NCBI GenBank assembly: GCA_002369415.1
Contig: DFEZ01000002.1
Span: 185,019-249,018 of the forward strand
Length of the DNA stretch: 64,000 nucleotides
Origin: Bacillales bacterium UBA3789
GTDB taxonomy: Bacteria; Bacillota_I; Bacilli_A; RF39; UBA660
Reading direction: 5' to 3'
Below the pieces are notes generated by a model. It had not been told where the DNA came from. It saw only the letters and a list, made by a program, of their open reading frames with translations, and did not search any database. Every line of letters begins with the position of its first letter. The first letter of the stretch is position 1. Shown piece by piece: positions 18,638-29,030 of the stretch. A program made the translations under genes and the position numbers.

Positions 18638-20012
18638 AAAAGTCACAGTTTCCTGGAGTTCTTGGATATGGAATAACATCTCTTATGTTTTCAATTCCTG
18701 TTAAGTACATAATTAATCTTTCAAATCCCATTCCAAATCCTGAGTGAACACATCCACCATATTCTCTTAGTTTTAAATACCACCATAATTCATCTTTAGA
18801 CATTTTTAGATCATCCATACGTTTTTCTAATACATCAAGACGTTCTTCTCTTTGACTTCCTCCCATAAGTTCTCCACTACCTGGAACAAGTAAGTCAACT
18901 GCTGCTACTGTTTCTTTATCATCATTTAATCTCATATAGAATGCTTTAATGTCTTTTGGCCAGTTATATACAAATACTGGACTATTGAATTTTTCTTCAG
19001 TTAAGTATTTCTCATGTTCACGAGCTAAATCTTCACCATATTTTGGTTCAAATTCAAATTTCTTTCCTGATTCAATTAAGTATTTAATTGCTTCATTATG
19101 AGTAATTCTTACTGCTTTTGATGAAACTAATTTTTCTAATTTTTCAATTAATCCTTTTTCTACAAAGCTATCTAAGAATACTAATTCTTCTTTACAATTC
19201 TTTAATACATAGTCAACTACGTATTTAAGCATTTCTTCCATAATATCCATATCATTTTCTAGATCACAGAATGCTATTTCTGGTTCAATCATCCAGAATT
19301 CATTAGCATGTGTCTTAGTATTAGAATTCTCTGCTCTAAATGTTGGTCCAAATGTATAAGTTTTTCCATAAGCTAAGGCAAATGTTTCTGCTTGTAATTG
19401 ACCAGATACTGTAAGTGATGCTTGTTTTCCAAAGAAGTCTTTTGTGTAATCTACTTTTTTATCTTTAGCTACTCTATCTAAATCTAATGTAGTTACTTGG
19501 AACATTTCTCCTGCTCCTTCACAGTCACTTGCTGTAATAATTGGAGCATGGAAATATACATAGTCTCTTTCTTGGAAATAACAATGTATTGCATGAGCAG
19601 CTTTACTACGTATTCTAAATACTGCTTGGAATAGATTTGTTCTTGGACGTAGATAAGCTTGTTCTCTTAAAAATTCTCTTGTATGTTTCTTTGGTTGAAT
19701 TGGATAGTCTTCAGGACAATCTCCTAATAATGCAATACTCTTTGCTTTAATTTCAAATGCTTGTCCATCTTTTGGAGATTCAACTACTTCTCCTTCTACT
19801 TGTATTGATGAACCTATATGATATTTTTGAATATCATCAAAGTTCTTTAAATCTTTTTCATAAACAATTTGAATTGGAGTAAAGAATGTACCATCAGAAA
19901 ATGAAATAAAACCAAATTCTTTTTGTTTACGATGATTCTTTATCCATCCTTCTATAGTAACTGTTTTTCCTATATACTCTTCTGTGTTTTTAAATAATTC
20001 TCTATCTGTCAT
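18636..20012 (-). CDS. asnS: Asparaginyl-tRNA synthetase
   Basis: 458 aa class II aaRS with an N-terminal OB anticodon-binding domain and motifs 2 and 3 (GGSQREER, GFGMGFERL). Confidence 0.9.
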   Translation of the reverse strand: MTDRELFKNTEEYIGKTVTIEGWIKNHRKQKEFGFISFSDGTFFTPIQIVYEKDLKNFDDIQKYHIGSSIQVEGEVVESPKDGQAFEIKAKSIALLGDCPEDYPIQPKKHTREFLREQAYLRPRTNLFQAVFRIRSKAAHAIHCYFQERDYVYFHAPIITASDCEGAGEMFQVTTLDLDRVAKDKKVDYTKDFFGKQASLTVSGQLQAETFALAYGKTYTFGPTFRAENSNTKTHANEFWMIEPEIAFCDLENDMDIMEEMLKYVVDYVLKNCKEELVFLDSFVEKGLIEKLEKLVSSKAVRITHNEAIKYLIESGKKFEFEPKYGEDLAREHEKYLTEEKFNSPVFVYNWPKDIKAFYMRLNDDKETVAAVDLLVPGSGELMGGSQREERLDVLEKRMDDLKMSKDELWWYLKLREYGGCVHSGFGMGFERLIMYLTGIENIRDVIPYPRTPGNCDF

Positions 20013-20020
20013 AAATCCTC

Positions 20021-20416
20021 CTACTCGACATAAAAATAATTTGAATCCATTACAGCAGCCAATTTATTATCATCATTATATATGTCTGCTCTTAGATATG
20101 TTGTATTTTTACCTTTCTTTAATATTGAAGCTTTTGCTGTCATATATTTACCTGTAATTGGTCTTAAATATGATATATTTGCGCTTAATGTTACTGCTGG
20201 TCTACCAGTTGTTCTTGCAAGCATTCCCATTGCTGTATCTCCTAATCCAAAGATTAATCCTCCGTGAGCAAATCCATATGGATTCATTGAATTCTCATTT
20301 AATTCTGCTTTTAGTTCTACAAATTCTTCATCTTTGTAATCAACCAATTTATAATTATTGTGTTTATAGAAACCATTATCATTTTCTAATTGATTTAATA
20401 AATCTATTTGATCCAT
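20021..20416 (-). CDS. Hotdog-fold thioesterase (PaaI/YbgC-like)
   Basis: 131 aa with the HGG motif region (YGFAHGGLIFGLGDTAMG). Confidence 0.7.
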   Translation of the reverse strand: MDQIDLLNQLENDNGFYKHNNYKLVDYKDEEFVELKAELNENSMNPYGFAHGGLIFGLGDTAMGMLARTTGRPAVTLSANISYLRPITGKYMTAKASILKKGKNTTYLRADIYNDDNKLAAVMDSNYFYVE

Positions 20417-20441
20417 ATGTATGCCTCCTTTCGTTATTATA

Positions 20442-21602
20442 TCATTTTTTCTCTAATATGCCACTATAATATTTCCAGGCAATAATTCGTGTTACTGCAT
20501 TATTTATAGTTTCTTCTTTTATTAATCCTTCTTCTACTGATTTTATTACTTCATTTTTCATTGATATGAAATCTCCTGTAATTATCATATCATTTCCTGC
20601 ATTTATTGCCATTGTTGCAGCTTTTCCATCTTCTACATATTGTTTAACTGCATCCATACTTAAATCATCAGTAATTATGATACCAGTAAAATCTAATTTA
20701 TTACGTAATTCACTTATTACTTTTTTACTTAATGTTGATGGATATTTATCATCAACTGAAGTCATAATATTATGTGATACTAATACACATGGAACATTTT
20801 CTTCAATACCAGCTTTAAATGGTAGATAGTCATTTTCAGTAAATGTTTCATAGCTTCTATTATCTATTGCTACTCCTGTATGGGTATCTACATTATTACC
20901 ATAACCAGGAAAATGTTTTAAGCAAGAATTTATTTTATTATTGTTGGCATATTTTACCATATTTTTAATATATTCACTTGTTTCTTTAGCACTTTTTCCA
21001 AATGTTCTATTATTAATAAAATCATTTTCATCAGTAGATACATCAGCTACTGGAGCTAGATTTAAATTAACTCCTATACTTTTTAAAAGAGTTGCTTTTT
21101 CATTTTCTGTTTTTTCTAATAATTCATATCCACCTTGTTCAAAATATTCTCTTGGGGATAGGAACTTTTCATTTCTAAAGTTTTGAAATCTACTAACTCT
21201 TGTTACAAAGCCGCCTTCTTCATCTACTGCGATTATTAACTTATATTTATTTAGAGATTGATCTTTATTTAGTTCTTTCAAAATAGTATCTTTTGTATGA
21301 CCTTGAAAGTCTTTTGCAAATAACAAATATCCTCCTGGATAAAAGTTACTTAAGTATTCTACATCACTTGCTCGATATTGAACTATAAATAATTGACCAA
21401 CTTTTTCTTCTATAGTCATTTCTTTTACTAATTCTTTTGCATCTTTATAATAGTCATTAAAAATACCATAGTTGATTTCTTTTTCTTTTTTATTAGTTTG
21501 TTTTTCTTGTAGATTTAGATTCTTATAAAAATATAAGCCTCCTGCTATTAAAACAATTAATAATACTAAATATAAAAGTTTCTTACTTCTTTTTTTATGC
21601 AT
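20442..21602 (-). CDS. Membrane-anchored glycoside hydrolase family 3 beta-N-acetylhexosaminidase (NagZ-like)
   Basis: N-terminal TM helix and the GH3 N-domain motif KHFPGYG...D. Confidence 0.8.
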   Translation of the reverse strand: MHKKRSKKLLYLVLLIVLIAGGLYFYKNLNLQEKQTNKKEKEINYGIFNDYYKDAKELVKEMTIEEKVGQLFIVQYRASDVEYLSNFYPGGYLLFAKDFQGHTKDTILKELNKDQSLNKYKLIIAVDEEGGFVTRVSRFQNFRNEKFLSPREYFEQGGYELLEKTENEKATLLKSIGVNLNLAPVADVSTDENDFINNRTFGKSAKETSEYIKNMVKYANNNKINSCLKHFPGYGNNVDTHTGVAIDNRSYETFTENDYLPFKAGIEENVPCVLVSHNIMTSVDDKYPSTLSKKVISELRNKLDFTGIIITDDLSMDAVKQYVEDGKAATMAINAGNDMIITGDFISMKNEVIKSVEEGLIKEETINNAVTRIIAWKYYSGILEKK

Positions 21603-21611
21603 AAGTTCACC

Positions 21612-22469
21612 TTAATTCATTATTTTTTTAAATTCATTAGGTGTAGTTGTTTCAAATAATATATCTTTTTTTATTTCTGGATAATACATTTTTAATCTAT
21701 TTGCATGTAAATATAATCTTGTTTCTTTATCATTTTTTAATCCATATTTTTTATCTCCTACTATAGGAGTATCAATACTTGATAAAGCTACTCTAATTTG
21801 ATTTTTTCTTCCTGTTTCAATATTAATACTTAACATTGAATAATCATCATTAGATTTAATTACTTTATAATTAGTAATTGCTTCTTTACCATCTTGATCT
21901 TTAGTTATATATACTAGATTTGTTTTAGTTTCTTTTAATTTTTGAACTATTCTATCTTCATCTTTTTTAGGTTTTCCATGTACAACTGCAACATATTCTC
22001 TTAAAGATACAAAGTCATTCCAATTCTCTTGTAATTTATTCTTAGTTTTTTCGTCTTTTGCAAGTACAACAATTCCACTAGTATCTTTATCTAATCTATG
22101 AACTATGAATACTCTTGCATATTGATTTTTACTTACTAAGTATTCTCTTACTATATGATATAGTGTTTTATCTCTTTCTTTTTCTGTTGCAATTGTTAAA
22201 AGACCACTTGGCTTATTAACTACAATTATATGTTCATCTTCAAATAATATATCAAATGGTAATGTCTTTTTATTTTTACTATCTGTATCAATAACAATAG
22301 TCATTCCTGGAACTACTTTTAGATTATATTTTCTCGTTCTATTATTATTAACAAAAATAGATCCATGAGTTAAATATTGTTTAATACGTTTTTTAGGCAT
22401 ATCTAGATTATTATATAGATAATCTAATAATTCTCCTTCTTTTTTTACTACTAGTTTCATACAATCCAC
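21612..22469 (-). CDS. RluA-family 23S rRNA pseudouridine synthase (RluD-like)
   Basis: S4-like N-terminus and catalytic HRLDKDTSG. Confidence 0.85.
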   Translation of the reverse strand: MDCMKLVVKKEGELLDYLYNNLDMPKKRIKQYLTHGSIFVNNNRTRKYNLKVVPGMTIVIDTDSKNKKTLPFDILFEDEHIIVVNKPSGLLTIATEKERDKTLYHIVREYLVSKNQYARVFIVHRLDKDTSGIVVLAKDEKTKNKLQENWNDFVSLREYVAVVHGKPKKDEDRIVQKLKETKTNLVYITKDQDGKEAITNYKVIKSNDDYSMLSINIETGRKNQIRVALSSIDTPIVGDKKYGLKNDKETRLYLHANRLKMYYPEIKKDILFETTTPNEFKKIMN

Positions 22470-22543
22470 CTCAATAAGTAAATTATATTACAAATACCTT
22501 GTTTTAACAAATAAAAAAAGACTATTTCTAGTCTTTTTATATA

Positions 22544-24904
22544 TTAATTTTGAACGATTTCTGTGTAATCTTCGATGTCATCATCATCGTCTTCGTCTTG
22601 ATCCTCTTCATCATCTTGTCTTCTATAACGTTTTGCAGCAAGTGATGCTCCTAAAACTCCTGCTCCAGCTAAAGCTCCTGCGGCAGCAGCTGCTCCATAA
22701 TGACCTGATGCTCTTCCGCCAACTTTTGTATCTGGAATAACTTCATATTCAGGTACATATTCTGGTGCTGTTGGTGGAACTGGTTTTGGTTCAGTTCTTG
22801 GTTCTGTTCTAGGCTCAGTCTTAGGTTCAGTTTTTGGTTCTGTCTTAGGCTCAGTCTTAGGCTCAGTTTTTGGTTCAGTCTTAGGTTCAGGTTTTGGATC
22901 AGTTTTTGGAGTTGTTGGATCAACTCTTCTTGGTTGTGGATCTGGATCTGGTCCTGGATCAGGCCCTGGTCCTGGAGTTGGTCCTGGATCACCTGTTGGT
23001 GGAACTGGATCTGGTTTTGGATCATCAGTTGGTGGAACTGGATCTGGTTTTGGATCACCTGTTGGAGGAACTGGTTTTGGTTCTGTATCTGGCATTAAGT
23101 CAGGTGGTCCATCATCCTCATCATAGTATTTTCTATTTTCATCAACAAATAATGCTCTTGATAATTTAGTAGGCATACCTAAAGCTTGTGATACATGTTG
23201 TCCAAGTTCTCCAACACCATCTTTTGCCATATTTAATCCAGTATATAGCATAGTTCCATGTGCAAGTTCTCCAACTAAGTTTCCAACCCCCGCTGCTCTT
23301 GTATGAGCAAGTTTATATGAGTGTCTTAATCCATCATCTATATATGTAGGGTTAACATTAGATACTCTAAACATATCTAATCCTCTACTGTTATTTAAAT
23401 ATTTATTAACCGTATTTTGTGCTGCTGCTGGTATTTTTTCACCAGCAGCTTTAGCTGCTTCTACTTCTCTAAGGGCTGCTCTATATTCACTATATGTCAC
23501 TTTCTTATTATTTAAGTAGTCATTAACAATTTTCATATCTGATTTTGATGGTTTATTACCTGCCGCTTTTGCAGCATCAACTCTTCCTAATGCATCTTTA
23601 TATTCATTATAATTTTTCATTCTAGTTTGAACATCTCTAATTGGTTGTGTAACGTTATCAAACTGGCCAACAGTTGCAGCTTTAAATATTCCAGCAGCAC
23701 CTTTTCCAGCATCATTGTATACAGTAATTAAATGATCCATATCATAGAATCCTTTTGTATATGCTTTTGATGTTAATCTATCAGTGTATCCTCCAAGTTT
23801 TGCAATTTCTGTAATTGCTGCATTTTTATTACGTGTTAGCCCATCTATAACCATTTTTTCTGCTTCTGCAGTTGATTTTCCTAGATAATTACCATACGAT
23901 GAGTCTGCAATTGCCTTATAATATTCAGCAGTTCCTTTGCCATATTTTTTAGCGGCTCTTGCTGCAGCACTTTTTGCTGATGCAATTCTTTCTTCTGCTG
24001 TTTTTGTTGCATTTTTAATTCCTTCTTGATAGTTTTGTTCAAGTTGTTTTAATTGTTGACGTTCTCCAAGTTTTCCAGCAGCATATGCCATACCACCTTG
24101 GATTGCAGCATCTTTGATACCAAATAAAGTAGCAGCTCCTAAACCATATCCATGGTCGAAGGCATCTTCGGATCCTGATCCTAAACCTCCAACTGCTGCA
24201 ACTAATGCGTTCGCGTTTGTCGTTGATTGTAGTGCTCCAGCAATTTTTGCCATCTTTGTTCCTTTTCCTGCTACTCTTGCTATAGCATTATTAGCTCCAC
24301 CGACATATCCACCCATAAGGATATAACCTGTTGCTTGTCCTAATCCTCTAAAGACGGACGCCGCTATACTGTCTGGTCCAAATGCTGAGTATTTAGCTAT
24401 ATCTCTATCATAATAAACCCAATCAAATAGTTCTCTTGATAAGTCTCTCTTTTGGAAATTAATAATTGCTTCACTGGCTTTTGTATCAAATATTTTATCT
24501 ATTGGTTTTGCAGCCCATGCTCCAAGCAATAATACAGCATCTCCAATATCTTCAAAAGCTCCTACGAAACCTTCTCCAACTTTTGATGCTGCCATACCAA
24601 CAGTACCAAATACTTTTTTCCATAAAGGTGCATTGTCATAATCTTGATTATATTGAACAATAGCCTGTACTCTTGAATTAATCTCTTTAATTGCATTATC
24701 TATTAATTCTATACAAACTGCTGGTTTATCTTTTACAGTTGCTAAAGAAGAAGCACTTCCTACGTGTTCTATTCCTCTAGCGCCTTGTACTATACTTACA
24801 GCACCAGTTAAATCAGCTTCTGTACCAGATAGTTTAGCTTTTGCTTTATCTAGATAATCTAATACATTATCAACTTTCTTTTGATCATATCTTAGTTTAG
24901 CCAT
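22544..24904 (-). CDS. Large Pro-rich repeat protein with a C-terminal tail-anchor TM helix and no signal peptide
   Basis: 786 aa. N-terminal helical domain and a Gly/Ala-zipper central region. The C-terminal region has PVPPTGDPKPD x3 and TEPK x9 repeats, then a TM helix (AAAAAGALAGAGVLGASLAA) and an acidic tail. Confidence 0.5.
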   Translation of the reverse strand: MAKLRYDQKKVDNVLDYLDKAKAKLSGTEADLTGAVSIVQGARGIEHVGSASSLATVKDKPAVCIELIDNAIKEINSRVQAIVQYNQDYDNAPLWKKVFGTVGMAASKVGEGFVGAFEDIGDAVLLLGAWAAKPIDKIFDTKASEAIINFQKRDLSRELFDWVYYDRDIAKYSAFGPDSIAASVFRGLGQATGYILMGGYVGGANNAIARVAGKGTKMAKIAGALQSTTNANALVAAVGGLGSGSEDAFDHGYGLGAATLFGIKDAAIQGGMAYAAGKLGERQQLKQLEQNYQEGIKNATKTAEERIASAKSAAARAAKKYGKGTAEYYKAIADSSYGNYLGKSTAEAEKMVIDGLTRNKNAAITEIAKLGGYTDRLTSKAYTKGFYDMDHLITVYNDAGKGAAGIFKAATVGQFDNVTQPIRDVQTRMKNYNEYKDALGRVDAAKAAGNKPSKSDMKIVNDYLNNKKVTYSEYRAALREVEAAKAAGEKIPAAAQNTVNKYLNNSRGLDMFRVSNVNPTYIDDGLRHSYKLAHTRAAGVGNLVGELAHGTMLYTGLNMAKDGVGELGQHVSQALGMPTKLSRALFVDENRKYYDEDDGPPDLMPDTEPKPVPPTGDPKPDPVPPTDDPKPDPVPPTGDPGPTPGPGPDPGPDPDPQPRRVDPTTPKTDPKPEPKTEPKTEPKTEPKTEPKTEPKTEPRTEPRTEPKPVPPTAPEYVPEYEVIPDTKVGGRASGHYGAAAAAGALAGAGVLGASLAAKRYRRQDDEEDQDEDDDDDIEDYTEIVQN
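22790..23095 (-). repeat. In-frame coding tandem repeats (12-nt TEPK units and 33-nt PVPPTGDPKPD units)
   Basis: Visible periodicity on the plus strand: ...ggctcagtcttaggctcagtttttgg... and ...ggaactggatctggttttggatca... Confidence 0.7.
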
Positions 24905-24915
24905 ATTGCACCTCT

Positions 24916-25260
24916 CTAATTATTATTATTTTGTTGTTGTTTAAGTTGTTGTTGATAAGCTTGATATTCAGCCATTTGAGCATTATAAACTTGTTGTGCC
25001 TCTGCGATTACTTGATCAGCAATAGCTATATATCCTGCTTTTAACTTTGTAATTTCTTCTCCAATTCCTGTTATAGAATATTGGAATGTATTTTCATCAA
25101 TTGCAAGCGCTTTTTCTGTACAGTTTTCTCCAGCAATAACTACTAGTGATCCACAAGCATCAAAATCTGCAACATATTGTTTTATTTGGTTGCAGCCATT
25201 TTTAATTGCATCAATATCAATTATCTGTGAAGTACTTGTTATTCCATATCCCATAAACAT
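24916..25260 (-). CDS. Small hypothetical helical protein with a Q/N-rich C-terminus
   Basis: 114 aa. RBS AGAGAGGTG lies 11 nt before the next gene. Confidence 0.4.
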   Translation of the reverse strand: MFMGYGITSTSQIIDIDAIKNGCNQIKQYVADFDACGSLVVIAGENCTEKALAIDENTFQYSITGIGEEITKLKAGYIAIADQVIAEAQQVYNAQMAEYQAYQQQLKQQQNNNN

Positions 25261-25276
25261 TCTCCTTTTAATAAAA

Positions 25277-25822
25277 TTAATTTAACATTTCTTTATTAAT
25301 TTCAATTATATTTTCTTCTTTTAATTTAAGTTTAGAATAAATATCTTTCATAATATTTTCATAAGATAATTCTTTAATAGTAATATTTACTCTATCTTTT
25401 TCTTTACTTATATTTAAGTTGAAATCTTCGTTTTTTATAACACTATCAAAAATATTTATCTCGTAAATATCTTCGTCTCTTATCCTATTCTCTTTTATTA
25501 TACCATTTTCTCCAATAAATTTAATAGTCCTATTTTTAAACATTTTACATATTTTATTAATAATTTGCTTACTAAATTTATTATTAATTACTTTTTTACC
25601 TTTTTTTACATCATAAAAGTAATATCCTTTTTCACTTACAATATAATCTATAAATGGGAAATCTCTATTGTAATATAGTAGTTCTTCAAGGTTTTTATTT
25701 GAATGAACAAGCAATAAATATTTCTTATTTTTAATTTTTTCAATGTTTAACATTGTGTTTACAGATATTGCATCTTCTTTTCCAATTAAATCTTCAAATT
25801 TACAGATTGCCACCTTTTTCAT
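25277..25822 (-). CDS. Hypothetical protein
   Basis: 181 aa, K/N/I-rich, with an AAAGGAG RBS. It lies in an operon with the PAP2 and pgi genes. Confidence 0.35.
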   Translation of the reverse strand: MKKVAICKFEDLIGKEDAISVNTMLNIEKIKNKKYLLLVHSNKNLEELLYYNRDFPFIDYIVSEKGYYFYDVKKGKKVINNKFSKQIINKICKMFKNRTIKFIGENGIIKENRIRDEDIYEINIFDSVIKNEDFNLNISKEKDRVNITIKELSYENIMKDIYSKLKLKEENIIEINKEMLN

Positions 25823-26441
25823 ATTTATTCCCCCTATAATACTTATTTACTGTTGTTAAAGTAAAAATAAGTATTGCTAATGATAATAAGTATCCACCTA
25901 AAACATCGCTTGGATAATGTACCCCTACATATATTCTACTTATACCTATACCTAAAATTATCATTACTAGAAGTATAGTTAATATTACCCTTAATATTTT
26001 ATTCTTTATCTTTTTATTAACTAAGTATATTAATAGTCCATATAAACATATTGATATCATTGAATGTCCTGACGGAAATGAATAACCGTGTTCTGTTACT
26101 AATCTAATATGATCTGGTCTTGGTCTACAAATAATATGTTTTAGTAATTGATTAGATCCAACTGTAAGAATTGTGTTTAATCCAATTAGTATTACTTCTT
26201 TTCTTGAAGTTAGTGTTATCATTAAAATCAATATAATTATAATTACTGGAACAGTATTACCAAATTGAGTAATTATTTTCATAAATGTATCCATTCCATT
26301 ACTTCTTAAGCTTATTAAGAAATTATAAATAGTATCATCAAATGATTTTGTATTATTTGTTATTACTAAGATCATTACTATTATGAAAAGTATTAAAAAT
26401 ACTGAACTAGTAATATATTTTATTAAACTTTTTTTATCCAT
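25800..26441 (-). CDS. PAP2-family phosphatase (undecaprenyl-diphosphate / lipid phosphatase type)
   Basis: KxxxxxxRP, PSGH and SRxxxxxHxxxD motifs in a 6-TM protein. Confidence 0.8.
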   Translation of the reverse strand: MDKKSLIKYITSSVFLILFIIVMILVITNNTKSFDDTIYNFLISLRSNGMDTFMKIITQFGNTVPVIIIILILMITLTSRKEVILIGLNTILTVGSNQLLKHIICRPRPDHIRLVTEHGYSFPSGHSMISICLYGLLIYLVNKKIKNKILRVILTILLVMIILGIGISRIYVGVHYPSDVLGGYLLSLAILIFTLTTVNKYYRGNKYEKGGNL

Positions 26442-27642
26442 TTAGTGAATCTCTCACTTCTTGTTTATATACTTCTACTCCTGGTTGATTAAATGGTTCT
26501 ATTCCAAATAAATATCCAGAGAATGCTGCTGATAACATAAAGAAGTAATATAAGTTAGCAATATTTTCTGATGATACTTCATCAATTTCAATCTCTAGAC
26601 ATGGTACTCCTCCTTTATAGTGAGCACGCATTACTGAGTCTTCTACAATATTATTAATTGTATGTAAGTCTTTACCATTATAATCAATATAATTATCTGA
26701 TTCTAATACTTTAATAAATGTTTCAAATATTATATGGTTTCCTTCTTGTAAGAATTGTCCTAAGGAATGTAAGTCTCTTGTTCCTACTGTTGATACTGGG
26801 AATATTCCTGTATTTTCTTTTCCTTCAGTTTCTCCAAATAGTTGTTTTAACCATTCTGAGAAGTAAGACATATTTTCTTCATAAACTGTATAGTTTTCTA
26901 TATATTTTCCACTCTTAAATAATACATTTCTTGTTACTGCATATTCATATGCTAGATCAACAAATCTTTTTCCGTGATAATATCCACTTATTATTTCATC
27001 TAAATCATAGTTAAGTGCTAAAGGTAGGAGATGTGCTGGTGTCATAAATGAATATCTTCCACCAATATTATCTGGAATAATAAATGATTTATATCCTTTT
27101 TCATTTACTTCTTCTCTTAATTTACCTTTTTCTTTATCAGTTGTTACTATGATATGATTCTTTAATTCTTCTTCATCATATTTTCTTTTTAATAAATCTT
27201 TTAATACTTTATAAGTGATATTTGTTTCCATTGTAGTACCACTCTTACTAATTACATTTAAACAGAAATTTTTATTTCTTAAATAGTATGTTAATTCATC
27301 TAGATATTTACTAGATAATGTAGTACCTGCATAGATAACTTCAAACTTATCATCATTAAAATATCTTCTCATCATTTTATCAAAAGCGAAACTACCCAAG
27401 AATGATCCTCCAATACCAATAACTACTAAACAATCGAAATTATTTTTAATATTATAGGCAGTATTTTTAATATCTTCTACTACGCTTTCATCTATTCTTT
27501 CAGTCCATCCGATCATATCACTAGTATGGAATTTTTCTAATACTTCGTTTTTTCTATTCATTAACTCTTCATATTCTTTTTGATCAATGAAACTGTTTAC
27601 ATACGTTTTAAAATCAAATCTTATCATTATCTCACTCTCCAT
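26434..27642 (-). CDS. pgi: Glucose-6-phosphate isomerase
   Basis: SIS-domain PGI family (VVIGIGGSFLGS). Confidence 0.8.
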   Translation of the reverse strand: MESEIMIRFDFKTYVNSFIDQKEYEELMNRKNEVLEKFHTSDMIGWTERIDESVVEDIKNTAYNIKNNFDCLVVIGIGGSFLGSFAFDKMMRRYFNDDKFEVIYAGTTLSSKYLDELTYYLRNKNFCLNVISKSGTTMETNITYKVLKDLLKRKYDEEELKNHIIVTTDKEKGKLREEVNEKGYKSFIIPDNIGGRYSFMTPAHLLPLALNYDLDEIISGYYHGKRFVDLAYEYAVTRNVLFKSGKYIENYTVYEENMSYFSEWLKQLFGETEGKENTGIFPVSTVGTRDLHSLGQFLQEGNHIIFETFIKVLESDNYIDYNGKDLHTINNIVEDSVMRAHYKGGVPCLEIEIDEVSSENIANLYYFFMLSAAFSGYLFGIEPFNQPGVEVYKQEVRDSLNG

Positions 27643-27687
27643 TTTCTTAATTATATCACATTTTCATAATAATAAAAGAACAATAGA

Positions 27688-29019
27688 TTATTGTTTAAAC
27701 TCTATTGTTCCATCACTATCGATATGTAAAACTACTGTACCTTCTGGGGTATAATATGTCTTCTTATAATCATCATTTGCGAATTTTAATCTTCTATTTA
27801 TAGTATCAGATTGTTCTCTAGGATTAGTAATTATAGTGTACTCTGGTTTTAAATTATAAATAACATCTTGATTATTATTAAATGTTACATATCCATGATG
27901 AGATGCTTTATAAATATCTACATCTCCAATTTGTTTAGATAATTCTGATTCTATATTATGACCAAAATAATTACCTATATCTGATGCCATATAAATCTTT
28001 CTATTATTTATTTCTATCATAGTACATAAACTATTAGCATTTTCTATTCTAGATCTATTATATCCATCTATATTTTTTGAATTAATATAATCAATGTTTT
28101 TTAATTTAATATCAAAGTTTCCTAATCTAAAACTTTGGCATATTTCATTTGATACATCACATATTGCGATACCTCTTACTTCTGCTTGTCTTACCATTTG
28201 ATGATAAGTCATTAAATAGCTAGAATTCAAGTTTTCTGGATTCTTTATATATAAAGTATCTACTGGAATATTTCTTATTATTTTACTAAATCCTCCCATA
28301 TGATCCATATGAGCATGAGTAATAATAATAAAATCTAATTTTTCTGCACCTAATTCTGCTAATTGTTTTAATATGAAGTTTGCTTTGTTGTTATAACTTG
28401 TATCTATAAGTCCAAAGTGTCCACTATCTTCAATAATAAAACTTTCAGTAGATGCTCCTACATTTAAAAAATAAATATAATTATCTTTTGATAATTCTTC
28501 TTCCTCTTCTTTTTCTTTTGTTAATAATTCAGAAAAGTCCTTTTCTTTTAATTCTTCATGTTCTTCTTTCTTTTCTTCTTCCTCTTCAGTATCTTCATGA
28601 ATTATTATCTCTTCTCCTTCAATGTTTTCAGGTGATGCTAAAAAAGCATTTGACTCTTCTAATTGTTTTTCTTTTTCTGTTTTAAGAGGTGCTTTTACTA
28701 TTTTAGGATCAAATAAAGTTACTTGTTTATCTAAATACATTAACTCTTCTGGTTCTAGACAATCATTATAATTAGATAATTTATTTGAATAATCTACTAT
28801 GATTAATCCTATAGTACTTAATAATACAATTAATATTCCAACTATAGATAATTTTTTTGCGTATTTATGAACTGGTAAATTCTTTTTTCTTTTCCTTCTT
28901 AGGCATAATAAGAATACTATGAACACTATTAAAATTGGTACTCCTATTTGAAGTATCAATAATGCTTTTTTTAATAATAGTAAATTTTGGTATAGGCTAT
29001 CATCATAGCATATGTTCAT
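27688..29019 (-). CDS. Membrane-anchored MBL-fold metallo-hydrolase (ComEC C-domain-like)
   Basis: N-terminal TM helix, a poly-Glu linker, and the HxHxDH motif as THAHMDHMGG. Confidence 0.65.
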   Translation of the reverse strand: MNICYDDSLYQNLLLLKKALLILQIGVPILIVFIVFLLCLRRKRKKNLPVHKYAKKLSIVGILIVLLSTIGLIIVDYSNKLSNYNDCLEPEELMYLDKQVTLFDPKIVKAPLKTEKEKQLEESNAFLASPENIEGEEIIIHEDTEEEEEKKEEHEELKEKDFSELLTKEKEEEEELSKDNYIYFLNVGASTESFIIEDSGHFGLIDTSYNNKANFILKQLAELGAEKLDFIIITHAHMDHMGGFSKIIRNIPVDTLYIKNPENLNSSYLMTYHQMVRQAEVRGIAICDVSNEICQSFRLGNFDIKLKNIDYINSKNIDGYNRSRIENANSLCTMIEINNRKIYMASDIGNYFGHNIESELSKQIGDVDIYKASHHGYVTFNNNQDVIYNLKPEYTIITNPREQSDTINRRLKFANDDYKKTYYTPEGTVVLHIDSDGTIEFKQ

Positions 29020-29030
29020 AACACTACTCC

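Noticed and set aside
22790-23095. Tandem DNA repeats that might be taken for a CRISPR array or minisatellite
   Set aside because: The repeat periods are 12 and 33 nt, in frame inside a long ORF and encoding TEPK and PVPPTGDPKPD peptides. There are no spacers.
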